This document shows, one piece after another, positions 27,537-38,291 of a stretch of 64,000 nucleotides of DNA. The stretch lies in the NCBI GenBank assembly GCA_036584335.1, contig JAZHDH010000023.1, positions 17,857 through 81,856 of the forward strand. Direction: 5' to 3'. The stretch's first letter is position 1. Each line of letters starts with the position of its first letter. Both the position numbers and the translations under genes were made by a program. The notes beneath the pieces were generated by a model. The model was not told the origin of the DNA. It ran no database searches and worked only from the letters and a program-made list of their open reading frames with translations. Source of the DNA: Pseudodesulfovibrio sp. (GTDB lineage Bacteria; Desulfobacterota; Desulfovibrionia; Desulfovibrionales; Desulfovibrionaceae).

Positions 27537-28685
27537 ATGCTCAAGGACGGAAAGATCGTCTTCATCAGCGACATTCACATGGGGTCCGAAGAGGCCCTGC
27601 ATCCCCAAGGCCCGTGGCATCCCTGGTGCTGGCTTGGCGCGGACCGGGCGAAGTTCCTCGGATCATTTCTTTCGGGACTTGCCGACGATCCGGCGCTGCA
27701 CACCGTGGTGGTGCTCGGCGACCTCTTCGACGACTGGGTCGCGCCGTCGCACATGCCGCCGGTGGAGGGCGACCGCGCCCCGGACGCTCTGCTGCACAGG
27801 ATCGCCCAGGCCCCGCAAAACCAACCGATCAAGGCCGGGTTTCAGCGTCTGGCCGCTGCGGGTAAGGCGCTGCGCTACGTGCGCGGCAACCATGACATGT
27901 TCCTGACCGACGATTTGCTGCGCGATTGGGTGCCCGCGTTCGTCTGCGAGCCGGACACCGCCGGGCCGGGCAGCGGCGCTTTCGTCATCAACGGGCTTCT
28001 TCGGGCCGAGCACGGCTGCGCCTACTGCCTGGCCAACGCGCCCTACATGGAGGATGGCAAGTACCGTTTTCCCGTGGGATATTACCTGGCCCGCATCGAT
28101 GCCTACAATCGCGCCGTGAACGACAAGAGCGCCGACTACCTGGGGATATTCGCCGAGATGTGCCAGTCGCACCCGAACAAGGACACCTGCGTGGGCGAGG
28201 CCATCCTGGCCGAAGCGGCCGACGCCGTGCTGCCTGCCGGGTCCCCGTTCATCATGAACGAGGACTATCCCAACGACTACACGGTGGCCACGGTGGCCGA
28301 CCGGTTCGCAAACTGGCTCGCGGAGTGGCCCAGGCGGGGCTATCCCGTGGGGCCGGTCCTGGCGACCCTGGGGGATGTGACCGGGCTGAGGGAAAGCATG
28401 CATTCCCTCTGGCTCGGGCCGAAGAAAAGCAAGATCGCCGTGTGCGGCCATACCCACCGGGCCGAGCTGTGGGCCTATCCCCACCGCCAGGGCACGCCGG
28501 ACCCGGGCCGGCCCTGCGACGCGATCTATGCAAACACTGGGGCCTGGGTGGACAAGGTGAACACCACCTACGTGGAACTCGACGTCTCGACGGCGCAAAA
28601 TCGCGCTCGCGTCCGCTGCCTGCGGGTCAGAAAAGGACGATCGCCCATTGTCATGGGCGATCGTTTTGTCCGAATCGACGGCTAG
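27537..28685 (+). CDS. Calcineurin-like metallophosphoesterase
   Basis: SDIH, GDLFD, GNHD, EHG, GHTH, NTGAW; GGAGG RBS. Confidence 0.85.
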   Translation: MLKDGKIVFISDIHMGSEEALHPQGPWHPWCWLGADRAKFLGSFLSGLADDPALHTVVVLGDLFDDWVAPSHMPPVEGDRAPDALLHRIAQAPQNQPIKAGFQRLAAAGKALRYVRGNHDMFLTDDLLRDWVPAFVCEPDTAGPGSGAFVINGLLRAEHGCAYCLANAPYMEDGKYRFPVGYYLARIDAYNRAVNDKSADYLGIFAEMCQSHPNKDTCVGEAILAEAADAVLPAGSPFIMNEDYPNDYTVATVADRFANWLAEWPRRGYPVGPVLATLGDVTGLRESMHSLWLGPKKSKIAVCGHTHRAELWAYPHRQGTPDPGRPCDAIYANTGAWVDKVNTTYVELDVSTAQNRARVRCLRVRKGRSPIVMGDRFVRIDG

Positions 28686-28720
28686 CCGTCATTCGTTTTC
28701 GTTCGGCCGACGGCCGGGGC

Positions 28721-31700
28721 TCAGGCCTCGGCCGTCGTCGTTTCCGCTCCCCCCGGGGCCTTGTCGCCCTTCTTGTCGAGCCAGGTCTGGAATTCGTCCA
28801 TGTAGGTATAGAACACCGGCGTCAGGTAGAGGGTGACGATCTGGGACAGGACCAGCCCGCCGACGACCGCGAGGCCCAAGGGGCGGCGGACCTCCGCGCC
28901 CGCGCCGATGCCGAGCGCGATGGGCAGGGCGCCCATGATGGCGGCCAGGGTGGTCATGATGATCGGCCGGAAGCGGATGGTCGCGCCCTGGAAGGCGGCC
29001 TCCTCCGGGGTAATGCCCTTTTTCTCGGCTTCGAGGGCGAAGTCCACGACCATGATCGAGTTCTTCTTGACGATGCCGATGAGCATGATGATGCCGACCA
29101 TGCCGTAGAGATCGAGGTCGTAGCCGAAGAGGAGCAGGGTGGCCAGGCCGCCGAAAGCCGCCGATGGCAGGCCCGAGAGGATGGTCAGGGGATGGATGAA
29201 GGATTCGTAGAGGCAGCCGAGCAGGATGTAGATGGCCACGATGGCGATGACCAGCAGGAAGTAGAGCGAGTTCATGGATTCGGCGAATGCCCCGGCCGTG
29301 CCCTCGAACATGGTGCTGATCTGGGGGGGGAGTTTTTCGGTGGCGAGCTTGTCCATCACCGCAGTTATCTCACCCATGGAAGAGCCTTCCCGGCCGCTGA
29401 AGTTGTAGGTCACGGACTGGAGTTGGCCGGTATGGTTGACGGTGACCGGGCCGGTGGTTTCCCTGATCCGGCTCAGGGCGTCCAGGCGGATGAGCTGGCC
29501 GGTGGTTTCGGACCGGATGTAGAGCATGGATAGGGCGTCCGCGTTTTTCTGGAACTCCGGCTTGAGCTGCATGATGACCTTGTATTCATCCACGGTGGTG
29601 TAGATGTTCGAGATCTGGCGCTCGCCGAAGGAGGTGAACAGGGCCTGCTCCACGTCGTTGGCAGAGACGTTCAGGCTGGAGGCCATGTCGCGGTCGATGT
29701 CGATTTCCACCTGGGGGGCGGTGATCAGCAGATCGCTGTTGATGCCCGTGAACAGCGGATTCTTGCGCATCTCTATCTCGAAGGACTGAGCCGCCTGGTA
29801 CAGGGTGTCGGCGTCGGGGCAGAGCAGGGTGAACATGTAATCGCCCTTGGCCTGTTTGCCGCCGATGGGAATCATGGGCGGGTTGACCAGGTAGGTCTCC
29901 AGACCGGGAATGGCGTTGGTCGGAATCCAGAGCTTGGCCAGGATGGAATCCAGGCTGCCGCGCTTGTCGGCCTTTTCCAGGATGGCGATGGACATGCCCT
30001 GGTTCGAGAGCGGATTGCCGACGATCTGGATCTGGCTTTTGACGCCCGGGGTGTGCGCGAAGGCGGGGATGAGCATCTTCTGCCGTTTTTCCAGGGAGTC
30101 GTAGGAGATGCCTTGCCGGGCCTGGGTGAAGCCCATGATCACGCCCTGGTCGTCCGAGGGCAGGAAGCCCTTGGGGATGACGTAGAAAGCCCCGGCAGTG
30201 GCCAGGAAGAGCAAGCCCGATGCGACCATCGTCGATGCCCGGTGCCTGATGCAGAAGTGCAGGCTGGCCGCATACCAGTTGGAGAGTTTGCTGAAGATCG
30301 CGTCGGACTCGGCGATGCGGCTCTTTTCCTTGAGCAGCCGGCTGCCGAGCATGGGCGTGAGCGAGAGCGAGACCAGGCCCGAGACCAGGATGGCGGCGGT
30401 GATGGTCATGGCGAATTCGTGCAGCACGCGGCCGATGATGCCCGCCATGAACATGATCGGCACGAAGACGATGGCCAGGGACAGGGTCATGGAGATGATG
30501 GTGAACCCGATTTCGCTGGCTCCGTCCCGCGCGGCCTGAAGCGGGGTCTTGCCCATCTCCAGGTGGCGGACGATATTTTCGATCATGACGATGGCGTCGT
30601 CCACCACGAAACCCACCGACAGGGTGAGCGCCATGAGCGAGAAGGTGTCCAGGGTGAAGGTCATGGCCATCATCACGATGAAGGTGGCGATGATGGAGAA
30701 GGGGATGGCGATGGACGCGATGAAGGTGGACGCCAGGTTGCGCAGGAAGACGAAGACGACCATGACCACCAGGGCCACGGCCAGCTCCAGGGTGAATTTC
30801 ACGTCCTGCACCGATTCCTGGATGAACTCGGACTTGTCGTGCACGATGTCCAGATTGATGGAGGCGGGCATCTGCGACATGATCCACGGGAGCTTGGAGC
30901 GGATGTCGTCGACGATCTCGATGGTGTTGGTGCCGGGCTGCCGTTTGATGGCGATGGTCAGGCTGCGTTTGTTGTTGTACCAGGCGCTGAACCGTTCGTC
31001 CTTGACGCCGTCCTCGACCAGCCCGAGCTCGGAGAGGCGCACGGGCTGACCGTTGCGGTAGGCGACGATGACATCCTTGTATTCTTCCGCCCGCTTGAGC
31101 TGGCCGTTGTCGTCCAGGGTCAGCGACTGCTCCGTGCCTTCCAGGTTGCCCAGGGGCAGGTTGACGTTGGCCGCGTTCACGGCGTTGCGCACCTCGTCGA
31201 TGCCGAGCTGACGCGAAGCCAGTTCGCGCGGGTCCAGGCGAATGCGAACCGCATACTGCTTTTCGCCGTAGACCAGCACCTGGGCCACGCCCGGGATGGT
31301 GGAGATGGTCTGGGTGAGAAATGTCTTGGTATAGTCGTTGACCGTGGACATGGGCAGGGCGTCCGAGGTCACGGACATATACAGGATCGGGCTGTCCGCA
31401 GGGTTGACCTTCTGGAAGCTCGGCTTTTCCGTGATCTCGTCGGGCAGGTCGTTTTCGGCGCGTGATATGGCGGACTGCACATCAAGCGCCGCGCCGTCGA
31501 TGTTGCGGTCCAGGTCGAACTGGAGGGTGACGGTGGTGGACCCGAGCGAGTTGATCGAGCTCATGGAGAGCAGCCCGGCAATGGACGAGAACTCGCGCTC
31601 CAGGGGCGAGGCCACGCTGGAGGCCATGGTATCGGGGCTGGCTCCGGACATGGACGCCGTGACCTGGATGGTCGGAAAGTCCACGGCCGGGAGGTAGCTG

Positions 31701-31801
31701 ACCGGCATCTTCAGGTAGCAGACCACGCCGAAGAAGAAGAGGCCGAACATGATCAGCGTCGTCATCACCGGACGCTGGATGAAGAGATCGGTGACTTTCA
31801 T
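28721..31801 (-). CDS. RND efflux permease (MdtB/MdtC-like)
   Basis: FIQRPV, GFVVDDAIV, IGIVKKN, RFRPIIMTT. Confidence 0.95.
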   Translation of the reverse strand: MKVTDLFIQRPVMTTLIMFGLFFFGVVCYLKMPVSYLPAVDFPTIQVTASMSGASPDTMASSVASPLEREFSSIAGLLSMSSINSLGSTTVTLQFDLDRNIDGAALDVQSAISRAENDLPDEITEKPSFQKVNPADSPILYMSVTSDALPMSTVNDYTKTFLTQTISTIPGVAQVLVYGEKQYAVRIRLDPRELASRQLGIDEVRNAVNAANVNLPLGNLEGTEQSLTLDDNGQLKRAEEYKDVIVAYRNGQPVRLSELGLVEDGVKDERFSAWYNNKRSLTIAIKRQPGTNTIEIVDDIRSKLPWIMSQMPASINLDIVHDKSEFIQESVQDVKFTLELAVALVVMVVFVFLRNLASTFIASIAIPFSIIATFIVMMAMTFTLDTFSLMALTLSVGFVVDDAIVMIENIVRHLEMGKTPLQAARDGASEIGFTIISMTLSLAIVFVPIMFMAGIIGRVLHEFAMTITAAILVSGLVSLSLTPMLGSRLLKEKSRIAESDAIFSKLSNWYAASLHFCIRHRASTMVASGLLFLATAGAFYVIPKGFLPSDDQGVIMGFTQARQGISYDSLEKRQKMLIPAFAHTPGVKSQIQIVGNPLSNQGMSIAILEKADKRGSLDSILAKLWIPTNAIPGLETYLVNPPMIPIGGKQAKGDYMFTLLCPDADTLYQAAQSFEIEMRKNPLFTGINSDLLITAPQVEIDIDRDMASSLNVSANDVEQALFTSFGERQISNIYTTVDEYKVIMQLKPEFQKNADALSMLYIRSETTGQLIRLDALSRIRETTGPVTVNHTGQLQSVTYNFSGREGSSMGEITAVMDKLATEKLPPQISTMFEGTAGAFAESMNSLYFLLVIAIVAIYILLGCLYESFIHPLTILSGLPSAAFGGLATLLLFGYDLDLYGMVGIIMLIGIVKKNSIMVVDFALEAEKKGITPEEAAFQGATIRFRPIIMTTLAAIMGALPIALGIGAGAEVRRPLGLAVVGGLVLSQIVTLYLTPVFYTYMDEFQTWLDKKGDKAPGGAETTTAEA

Positions 31802-33048
31802 CAGGACTTGCCCCCATCGGTCGAGTTGGCGTTGTCATTGGCCGGTGCGGCGGGGGCGGGGGCGGCCGGAGTCTTTTCCTGGGCCGGAGCCGGTGCCGGA
31901 GCCGCGCCAGGCTGGGGTTCTTCGTTGCGGACGATGATCGCGGCGCCGGGGTAGAGGCGGAGCATGCCCTCGATGATCACGGTTTCGCCCGCGTTCAGCC
32001 CTTTTTCAATGACCACGTCGTCGTCCACGCGCATGCCCATTTCCACGGGCCGCATCACGGCCTTGCCGTCCTGGGCGACGTATACGTACTTGCTCTCCGG
32101 CCCTTGCTGCACGGCCTGGGCCGGGATGAGCACCGCGTCCTTTTTCATGGAGAGAATCAACTCCACGGTCACGAACTGGCCGGGCCAGAGTTTCTCGTCG
32201 TCGTTGAGGAAGCGGGCCTTGAGATTGATCATGCCGGTGTCGGGGTTGATCCAGTTGTCCACGAAGGTCAGGCGGCCCGACGCAGTCCGGGCGTTGCGGG
32301 AGTTCGGGGTGGCGAGCACGGTCAGGTCGTTGTCGATGAAGCGGGAGCGGACCAGGTCCACGTCCCGCCCTGGGATGGAGAAAACCACGTCCGTGGGCTG
32401 GATGGTGTTGATGACCACCAGGGAGTCCTGGTCGGCCGCCACCAGGTTGCCCTCGTCGAGCAGGGTGCTGCCCGCGATGCCTTCGATGAGCGAGGTGATC
32501 TTGGTGAAGTGCACGTTGCGCCGGGCGATGTCCGCCTGGGCGCTGTCGGCCTCCATGGCCTTGCGCGCGGTTTCGTAGGCGGTGAGCTTCTGCTCGTATT
32601 CGTCCTTGGAGATGACCTGCTGCTCGTAGAGGTCCTTGTACCGGACGTAGTCCTTCTGGGCCTGTTCGGCGGTGGCGCGGTCGCTGGCCACGTTGGCCTG
32701 GGCGCCCTGCTGTTGATAGACGTAGGTCTCGGGGTCGATGGTGTAGAGCAGTTGGCCCGCCTGGATGAAATCGCCGTCCAGGAAGTGGATGCGCAGGATG
32801 TGGCCGTCCACGCGGGATTTCACGGTGACGGAGTTGGACGCCTTGACGTTGCCCACAGCCTTGATGGAAATCGGGGTGTCCTTGGCCCAGGCCTGGACCG
32901 TCTTCACCGGTGCGGGAGGCCGCTCCTGCTTTTTTTCTCCCCCCCCGCATCCGGGGAGAACCAGGGCCGCTAGCAGCCCGAACACGGCGAAATAACGGGA
33001 CAAGCAACAAGGCCGACAGGGCTTGAAACGGGAGGCGCAGGCGGTCAT
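31801..33048 (-). CDS. RND periplasmic adaptor (MdtA-like)
   Basis: Lipoprotein-like LPGC, VKSRVDG, GQLLYTID, LWPGQFV; GGAG RBS before ATG 33048. Confidence 0.9.
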   Translation of the reverse strand: MTACASRFKPCRPCCLSRYFAVFGLLAALVLPGCGGGEKKQERPPAPVKTVQAWAKDTPISIKAVGNVKASNSVTVKSRVDGHILRIHFLDGDFIQAGQLLYTIDPETYVYQQQGAQANVASDRATAEQAQKDYVRYKDLYEQQVISKDEYEQKLTAYETARKAMEADSAQADIARRNVHFTKITSLIEGIAGSTLLDEGNLVAADQDSLVVINTIQPTDVVFSIPGRDVDLVRSRFIDNDLTVLATPNSRNARTASGRLTFVDNWINPDTGMINLKARFLNDDEKLWPGQFVTVELILSMKKDAVLIPAQAVQQGPESKYVYVAQDGKAVMRPVEMGMRVDDDVVIEKGLNAGETVIIEGMLRLYPGAAIIVRNEEPQPGAAPAPAPAQEKTPAAPAPAAPANDNANSTDGGKS

Positions 33049-33305
33049 GACTACTCCGGCGTAAACGGTTGTTTGGTTGTATGGTGCGACATCAATACCC
33101 CGCAGGAGGTTTTCTTGCAATCGGATGATGCCCGTTTGGGTTGAAATGAAACGTGTTTTTTCGTGCCCGTCTTGACTTTTTCTCGGCTTTAAATAACAAG
33201 AAAAGAGCAATTACGATGCCTGGACCAGTGGCCGGGAAACGCCCGATCATTGGCAGGGCTTCATTTTTTTGCACAATCAACTGTTTTTTTTGGAGTGTTT
33301 TTTTT

Positions 33306-34034
<729 letters not shown>

Positions 34035-34072
34035 TCAGGCAATCAACAGCATTCCTAGAGAGAGGAGGAAGT

Positions 34073-34879
34073 ATGAAACGTTTGGTAGTTGTTCTGGCAT
34101 TGGTGTTGTCCTTCATGTTTGCGGCGTCCGTTGCCAACGCGGGCAAGGTGGAGGACGTGAAGAGCGCCGGCGTCCTGGTCTGTGGCGTCAAGGATTCGGT
34201 CAATCTGTTCGGCTTCATCGATCCCAAGACCAACGAGCTGGTCGGTTTCGACGTCGACGTCTGCAAGTACATCGCCGGCAAGCTCGGCGTGAAGCCCGAG
34301 TTCAAGGTCGTCACCTCCAAGAACCGCATTCCCATGCTGGCCCAGGGCTCCGTGGACATCCTGGCCGCCACCATGACCCACAAGTTCTCCCGCGACGAGC
34401 AGATCGACTTCTCCATCACCTACTTCATGGATGGTCAGAAGCTGCTGGTCAAGAAGGGGGCCGGCATTCTCTCCACCGATGATCTGGCCGACAAGAAGGT
34501 CGGCACCGTGAAGGGTTCGACCTCGGAAAAGAACATCAAGGACGCCCAGCCCGCCGCCCAGGTCATTTCCTACGACGAATATCCGCAGGCCTTCATGGCC
34601 CTCAAGCAAGGCAAGGTCAAGGCGGTGACCACCGACTCCGGCATCCTGGCCGGGCTCAAGGCCGGTGACGACAATCCGGAAGATTGGGAAATCGTCGGTG
34701 AGTTCTTCTCCTCCGAGCCTTACGGTCTCGGCGTGCCCTCGAACGATTCCGAATTCCGCGACTTCGTCAACAAGTGTCTCAACGAGATGTGGCTCGACGG
34801 CACCTACAAGCAGCTCTTCAAGAAGTGGATGGGGTACGACCTGCCCGCCGGTTGGCAGATCGAACTCTGGCCCATGTAG
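34073..34879 (+). CDS. Amino acid ABC substrate-binding protein (family 3)
   Basis: Signal peptide, GFDVDV, RIPML..G.VD, GSTSE. Confidence 0.92.
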   Translation: MKRLVVVLALVLSFMFAASVANAGKVEDVKSAGVLVCGVKDSVNLFGFIDPKTNELVGFDVDVCKYIAGKLGVKPEFKVVTSKNRIPMLAQGSVDILAATMTHKFSRDEQIDFSITYFMDGQKLLVKKGAGILSTDDLADKKVGTVKGSTSEKNIKDAQPAAQVISYDEYPQAFMALKQGKVKAVTTDSGILAGLKAGDDNPEDWEIVGEFFSSEPYGLGVPSNDSEFRDFVNKCLNEMWLDGTYKQLFKKWMGYDLPAGWQIELWPM

Positions 34880-34963
34880 GACAGAGCAAGCGTTAGATTC
34901 ACCGGGAGCGCCGACCGGCGTTCCCGGTTTTCCCCGTCTAGACCGCAAACCACGGATAGAATC

Positions 34964-35731
34964 TTGCATTACAAATTTCAATGGGCCGAGATGTTCTCGG
35001 GGGAACCTGCCCGGTGGATATGGGAGGGTTTCGTCACCACCATGCAGATTTCCACCATTTCCCTGATCTGCGCCATGCTGCTCGGCACCATGATCTGCGT
35101 GATGCGAATGACGCCCTTCAAGCCGTTGCAGTGGTTCAGCCTCGCCTTCACCGAATTTTTCCGGAACACGCCGCTCCTGGTCCAGATTTTCTTCTGGTAC
35201 AACGCCTCCCACTTCATCATTCCCGAGGCCATCAACAGCTGGATGAACGACCTGTACTACTGGTTCCCCGGTCCGTTCACCCTTTTCGGCCATTCGTTCG
35301 TGGGCGAGTGGATGCTTTTCAACGTCGAGCTGATCACCGGCATCATCGCCCTGACCGTGTACACCTCGGCCTTCATCGCCGAGGAAATTCGGGCGGGCAT
35401 CTTCTCGATTCCCAAGAACCAACTGGAAGCCTCGCGGGCCGTGGGCCTCTCGTTCCTGCAGGCCTACCGTTTCGTGATCCTGCCGCAGGCGCTGCGCATC
35501 GTCATTCCGCCCCTCATTTCCCAGGCGCTGAACCTGATCAAGAATTCGTCGCTGTGCATGGTCATCGGTGTGGGCGAGTTGATGTATCAGGCCACGCAGA
35601 TCGAATCCTACCATGCCATTCCGTTCGAGTCCTTCACCGTGGCCCTGGGTATCTATCTGTTGATTTCCCTGTTCGTCTCCTTCTGCATCACCATGTACAA
35701 CAAGCACTTCATGGTCCAGGTCAGGTACTAG
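34964..35731 (+). CDS. Amino acid ABC permease
   Basis: FRNTPLLVQ, AEEIRAGI, ILPQA, KNSSL; TTG start. Confidence 0.9.
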   Translation: MHYKFQWAEMFSGEPARWIWEGFVTTMQISTISLICAMLLGTMICVMRMTPFKPLQWFSLAFTEFFRNTPLLVQIFFWYNASHFIIPEAINSWMNDLYYWFPGPFTLFGHSFVGEWMLFNVELITGIIALTVYTSAFIAEEIRAGIFSIPKNQLEASRAVGLSFLQAYRFVILPQALRIVIPPLISQALNLIKNSSLCMVIGVGELMYQATQIESYHAIPFESFTVALGIYLLISLFVSFCITMYNKHFMVQVRY

Positions 35732-35737
35732 GGGGCG

Positions 35738-36457
35738 ATGATGCATTGGGATATAGTCTACGACAACTTCTTCTATTTCATCTGGGGCAATACCACCATC
35801 GACGGGGTGTTTCCCTTCATCCATCGGCCCGAGGGATTCTTCGCGGCCGTCATCCTGGCTTTCACCGGTATTTTCGGGGCCTTCTGGATCGGCCTGGGCG
35901 CGGGACTGATGCGCCTTTCCCGGCGGTGGTGGGTCAAGTATCCGGCGGTCTGCTACGTCGAGATGATCCGCGGCATGCCGCTTTTGCTGCTCATTTTCTG
36001 GTTCTATTACCTGGCTCCGGTGATCACCGGGCAGAACATGCCCGCCTTCACCACGACCATGTTCTGCTTCATGATCTTTACCGGGGCCTACGTGGCCGAG
36101 ATCGTGCGCGCCGGGGTCACGGCGCTGCCCAAAGGGCAGATGGAGGCTTCGCGCGGCTCGGGCCTTTCCCACGTGCAGGCCATGCGCTACGTCATCCTGC
36201 CCCAGGCCCTGCGCAACATGATCCCGTCCTTCGTCAACCAGTTCGTCTCGCTGACAAAGGACACTTCCCTGGCCGCCATCCTGGGCGTCATCGAACTGAC
36301 CCGCACGGGCGTGCAGGTGGACAACCGCGAGACCGTGGCCTCCTTCGAGATCTGGATCACCATCGCCTGCCTGTACTTTCTCATCTGCTACGTCCTGACC
36401 TCCTACAGCCGACGGCTGGAAGCCCAGCTCTCCCGCTACCAGGCCAGGGACCGTTAG
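35738..36457 (+). CDS. Amino acid ABC permease
   Basis: RGMPLL, AEIVRAG, ILPQA, KDTSL. Confidence 0.92.
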   Translation: MMHWDIVYDNFFYFIWGNTTIDGVFPFIHRPEGFFAAVILAFTGIFGAFWIGLGAGLMRLSRRWWVKYPAVCYVEMIRGMPLLLLIFWFYYLAPVITGQNMPAFTTTMFCFMIFTGAYVAEIVRAGVTALPKGQMEASRGSGLSHVQAMRYVILPQALRNMIPSFVNQFVSLTKDTSLAAILGVIELTRTGVQVDNRETVASFEIWITIACLYFLICYVLTSYSRRLEAQLSRYQARDR

Positions 36458-37108
36458 ATGGTGGACGCGCGGCTCGCCTCCCGCATCGACCATACGCTGC
36501 TCAAACCCGCCGCCACGGCCCGGGAGTTGGAGGAACTCTGCTCCCAGGCCGTGCGCTTCGGTTTCTACGGGGTCTGCGTCAACCCATCGGCCATCGCCCG
36601 GATTGCCCGGACCCTCGCGGATGCGGCCCCGGTGCCGGTCTGCGTAATCGGTTTCCCTTTGGGGGCGACCCTGCCGGAGGTCAAGGCCTACGAGACCGCC
36701 GCCGTGGTCGAGTCCGGGGCGCGCGAGATCGACATGGTTCTGAATCTCGGGGCGTTCAAGGACGGGGACGACTCCCTGGCGCGCCGGGACATTGCGGGCG
36801 TTGTCCGCGCCGCCGCCGGTTTCCCGGTCAAGGTGATCCTGGAGACCGCGCTGCTTGCCGAGGATGAGATCGTCCGCGCGTGCAAGCTCTGCGTCGCGGC
36901 CGGGGCGCGGTTCGTCAAGACCAGCACGGGGTTCGGCCCGGGCGGGGCCACGGCGGAGGCGGTCCGGCTCATGCGCAGGACCGTGGGGCCGGACATCGGC
37001 GTCAAGGCCAGCGGGGGCATCTCCACCCGCGCTGCGGCCCTGGCCATGCTCGAGGCCGGAGCCGACCGCATCGGCGCGTCCGCCTCGGTGTCCATCGTCA
37101 GCGATTGA
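36458..37108 (+). CDS. deoC: Deoxyribose-phosphate aldolase
   Basis: IDHTLLKP, EIDMV, KVILET, FVKTSTG, VKASGG. Confidence 0.95.
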   Translation: MVDARLASRIDHTLLKPAATARELEELCSQAVRFGFYGVCVNPSAIARIARTLADAAPVPVCVIGFPLGATLPEVKAYETAAVVESGAREIDMVLNLGAFKDGDDSLARRDIAGVVRAAAGFPVKVILETALLAEDEIVRACKLCVAAGARFVKTSTGFGPGGATAEAVRLMRRTVGPDIGVKASGGISTRAAALAMLEAGADRIGASASVSIVSD

Positions 37109-37122
37109 TAAGGGGGAAGCCC

Positions 37123-37761
37123 ATGACCGGAATTTCGCTCCAGAATTTTGTCGCGCCCGAGGAAATCGAGGCGGAATCCTTTCGGATCATCGATTCGGAG
37201 GTGCCGGAACCTCGTCCTTATACGGGGGAAAAGTGGCGAATCGTGCGCCGGATGATCCATACCACGGCCGATTTCGAGATGCTCGATCTGGTTCGCTTTC
37301 ACGAAAGGGCGGTCGAATCAGGGCTGGCGGCCATGAAAAACGGCGCGGCCATCGTCACCGATACCGAGATGGCCCGCTGCGGCATGCCGCTGCGTCGGCT
37401 CTCCCCGCTGGGCTGTTCGGTGCACTGCCTGATGAACGATGCGCGGGTCATCGCCCGCGCGAAAAGCGAAAGAATCACCCGCGCCAAGGCGGCCATTGAC
37501 GTCGCCGTGGCCGAATTGAACCCGGAAATATATGTCGTCGGCAATGCGCCGACCGCGTTGATTCGTCTTGTGGAGCACCTCGATTCCGGTGCGGTTTCGC
37601 CGGCGCTGGTGGTCGGAATGCCCGTGGGATTCGTCAACGCGGCCGAGTCCAAGGCCCTGCTGATGCGCCGGGACGTGCCCTATATCGTCATCGAAGGGCG
37701 CAAGGGCGGCAGCGCCTTGGCCGCCTCGGTCATCAACGCATTGGCGGTTCTGGCGGTCTGA
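37123..37761 (+). CDS. cbiC: Precorrin-8X / cobalt-precorrin-8 methylmutase
   Basis: IEAESF, RMIHTTAD, GNAPTAL, PVGFV.AAESK, GRKGGS. Confidence 0.93.
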   Translation: MTGISLQNFVAPEEIEAESFRIIDSEVPEPRPYTGEKWRIVRRMIHTTADFEMLDLVRFHERAVESGLAAMKNGAAIVTDTEMARCGMPLRRLSPLGCSVHCLMNDARVIARAKSERITRAKAAIDVAVAELNPEIYVVGNAPTALIRLVEHLDSGAVSPALVVGMPVGFVNAAESKALLMRRDVPYIVIEGRKGGSALAASVINALAVLAV

Positions 37762-37997
37762 TCTTGTTTTTTTCGATTCAAAAAGCGCGCGATTTCCGTA
37801 CCGGAGACCGCGCGTTTTCGTCTTTTTTCATTCCGGGTTTTGCAAGGTGTCGTCAAAATTTCGAAAAATTCTGGACACGACTCCGTAACCTGCTAGGACT
37901 CAAGGAAAGTGTTGCGGTGAAAGACCGCGCAGCGGCGCGGTCTTCAGGCCGGTTTTCCCGCAGGGGAACCGGGAACCCATCAGTGCTGGAAGGGGTC

Positions 37998-38288
37998 ATG
38001 GCAAACAAGAAAAAAGGCAAAAGCACGGTCACCGTCTATCCGGACTGGTGCAAGGGGTGCGGCATCTGCGTGGAGTTCTGCCCCGGCAAGGTGTTTGAGA
38101 TCGGCGACCAGGGGAAAGCCACGGTTGTTCGCGAGAAGGACTGTATTCGTTGTGGTTTTTGCGAACTGCACTGTCCGGACTTCGCTATCGTGGTCCGGGA
38201 CAAGAAGCCCCGGGCGGACGAGGCGGCGATGGAAGAAACGGCCGAAACGGCTTCGGCCAAGGCCGAGACCAAGGGGAAGGGAGCGTAG
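37998..38288 (+). CDS. 2[4Fe-4S] ferredoxin, delta subunit of a 2-oxoacid:ferredoxin oxidoreductase
   Basis: CKGCGICVEFCP and CIRCGFCELHCP. Confidence 0.9.
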   Translation: MANKKKGKSTVTVYPDWCKGCGICVEFCPGKVFEIGDQGKATVVREKDCIRCGFCELHCPDFAIVVRDKKPRADEAAMEETAETASAKAETKGKGA

Positions 38289-38291
38289 TTC

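Noticed and set aside
37921-37944. Perfect 10-bp hairpin in the leader of the 2-oxoacid oxidoreductase operon as a riboswitch
   Set aside because: No recognisable TPP or cobalamin aptamer motifs; a single stem is insufficient evidence.
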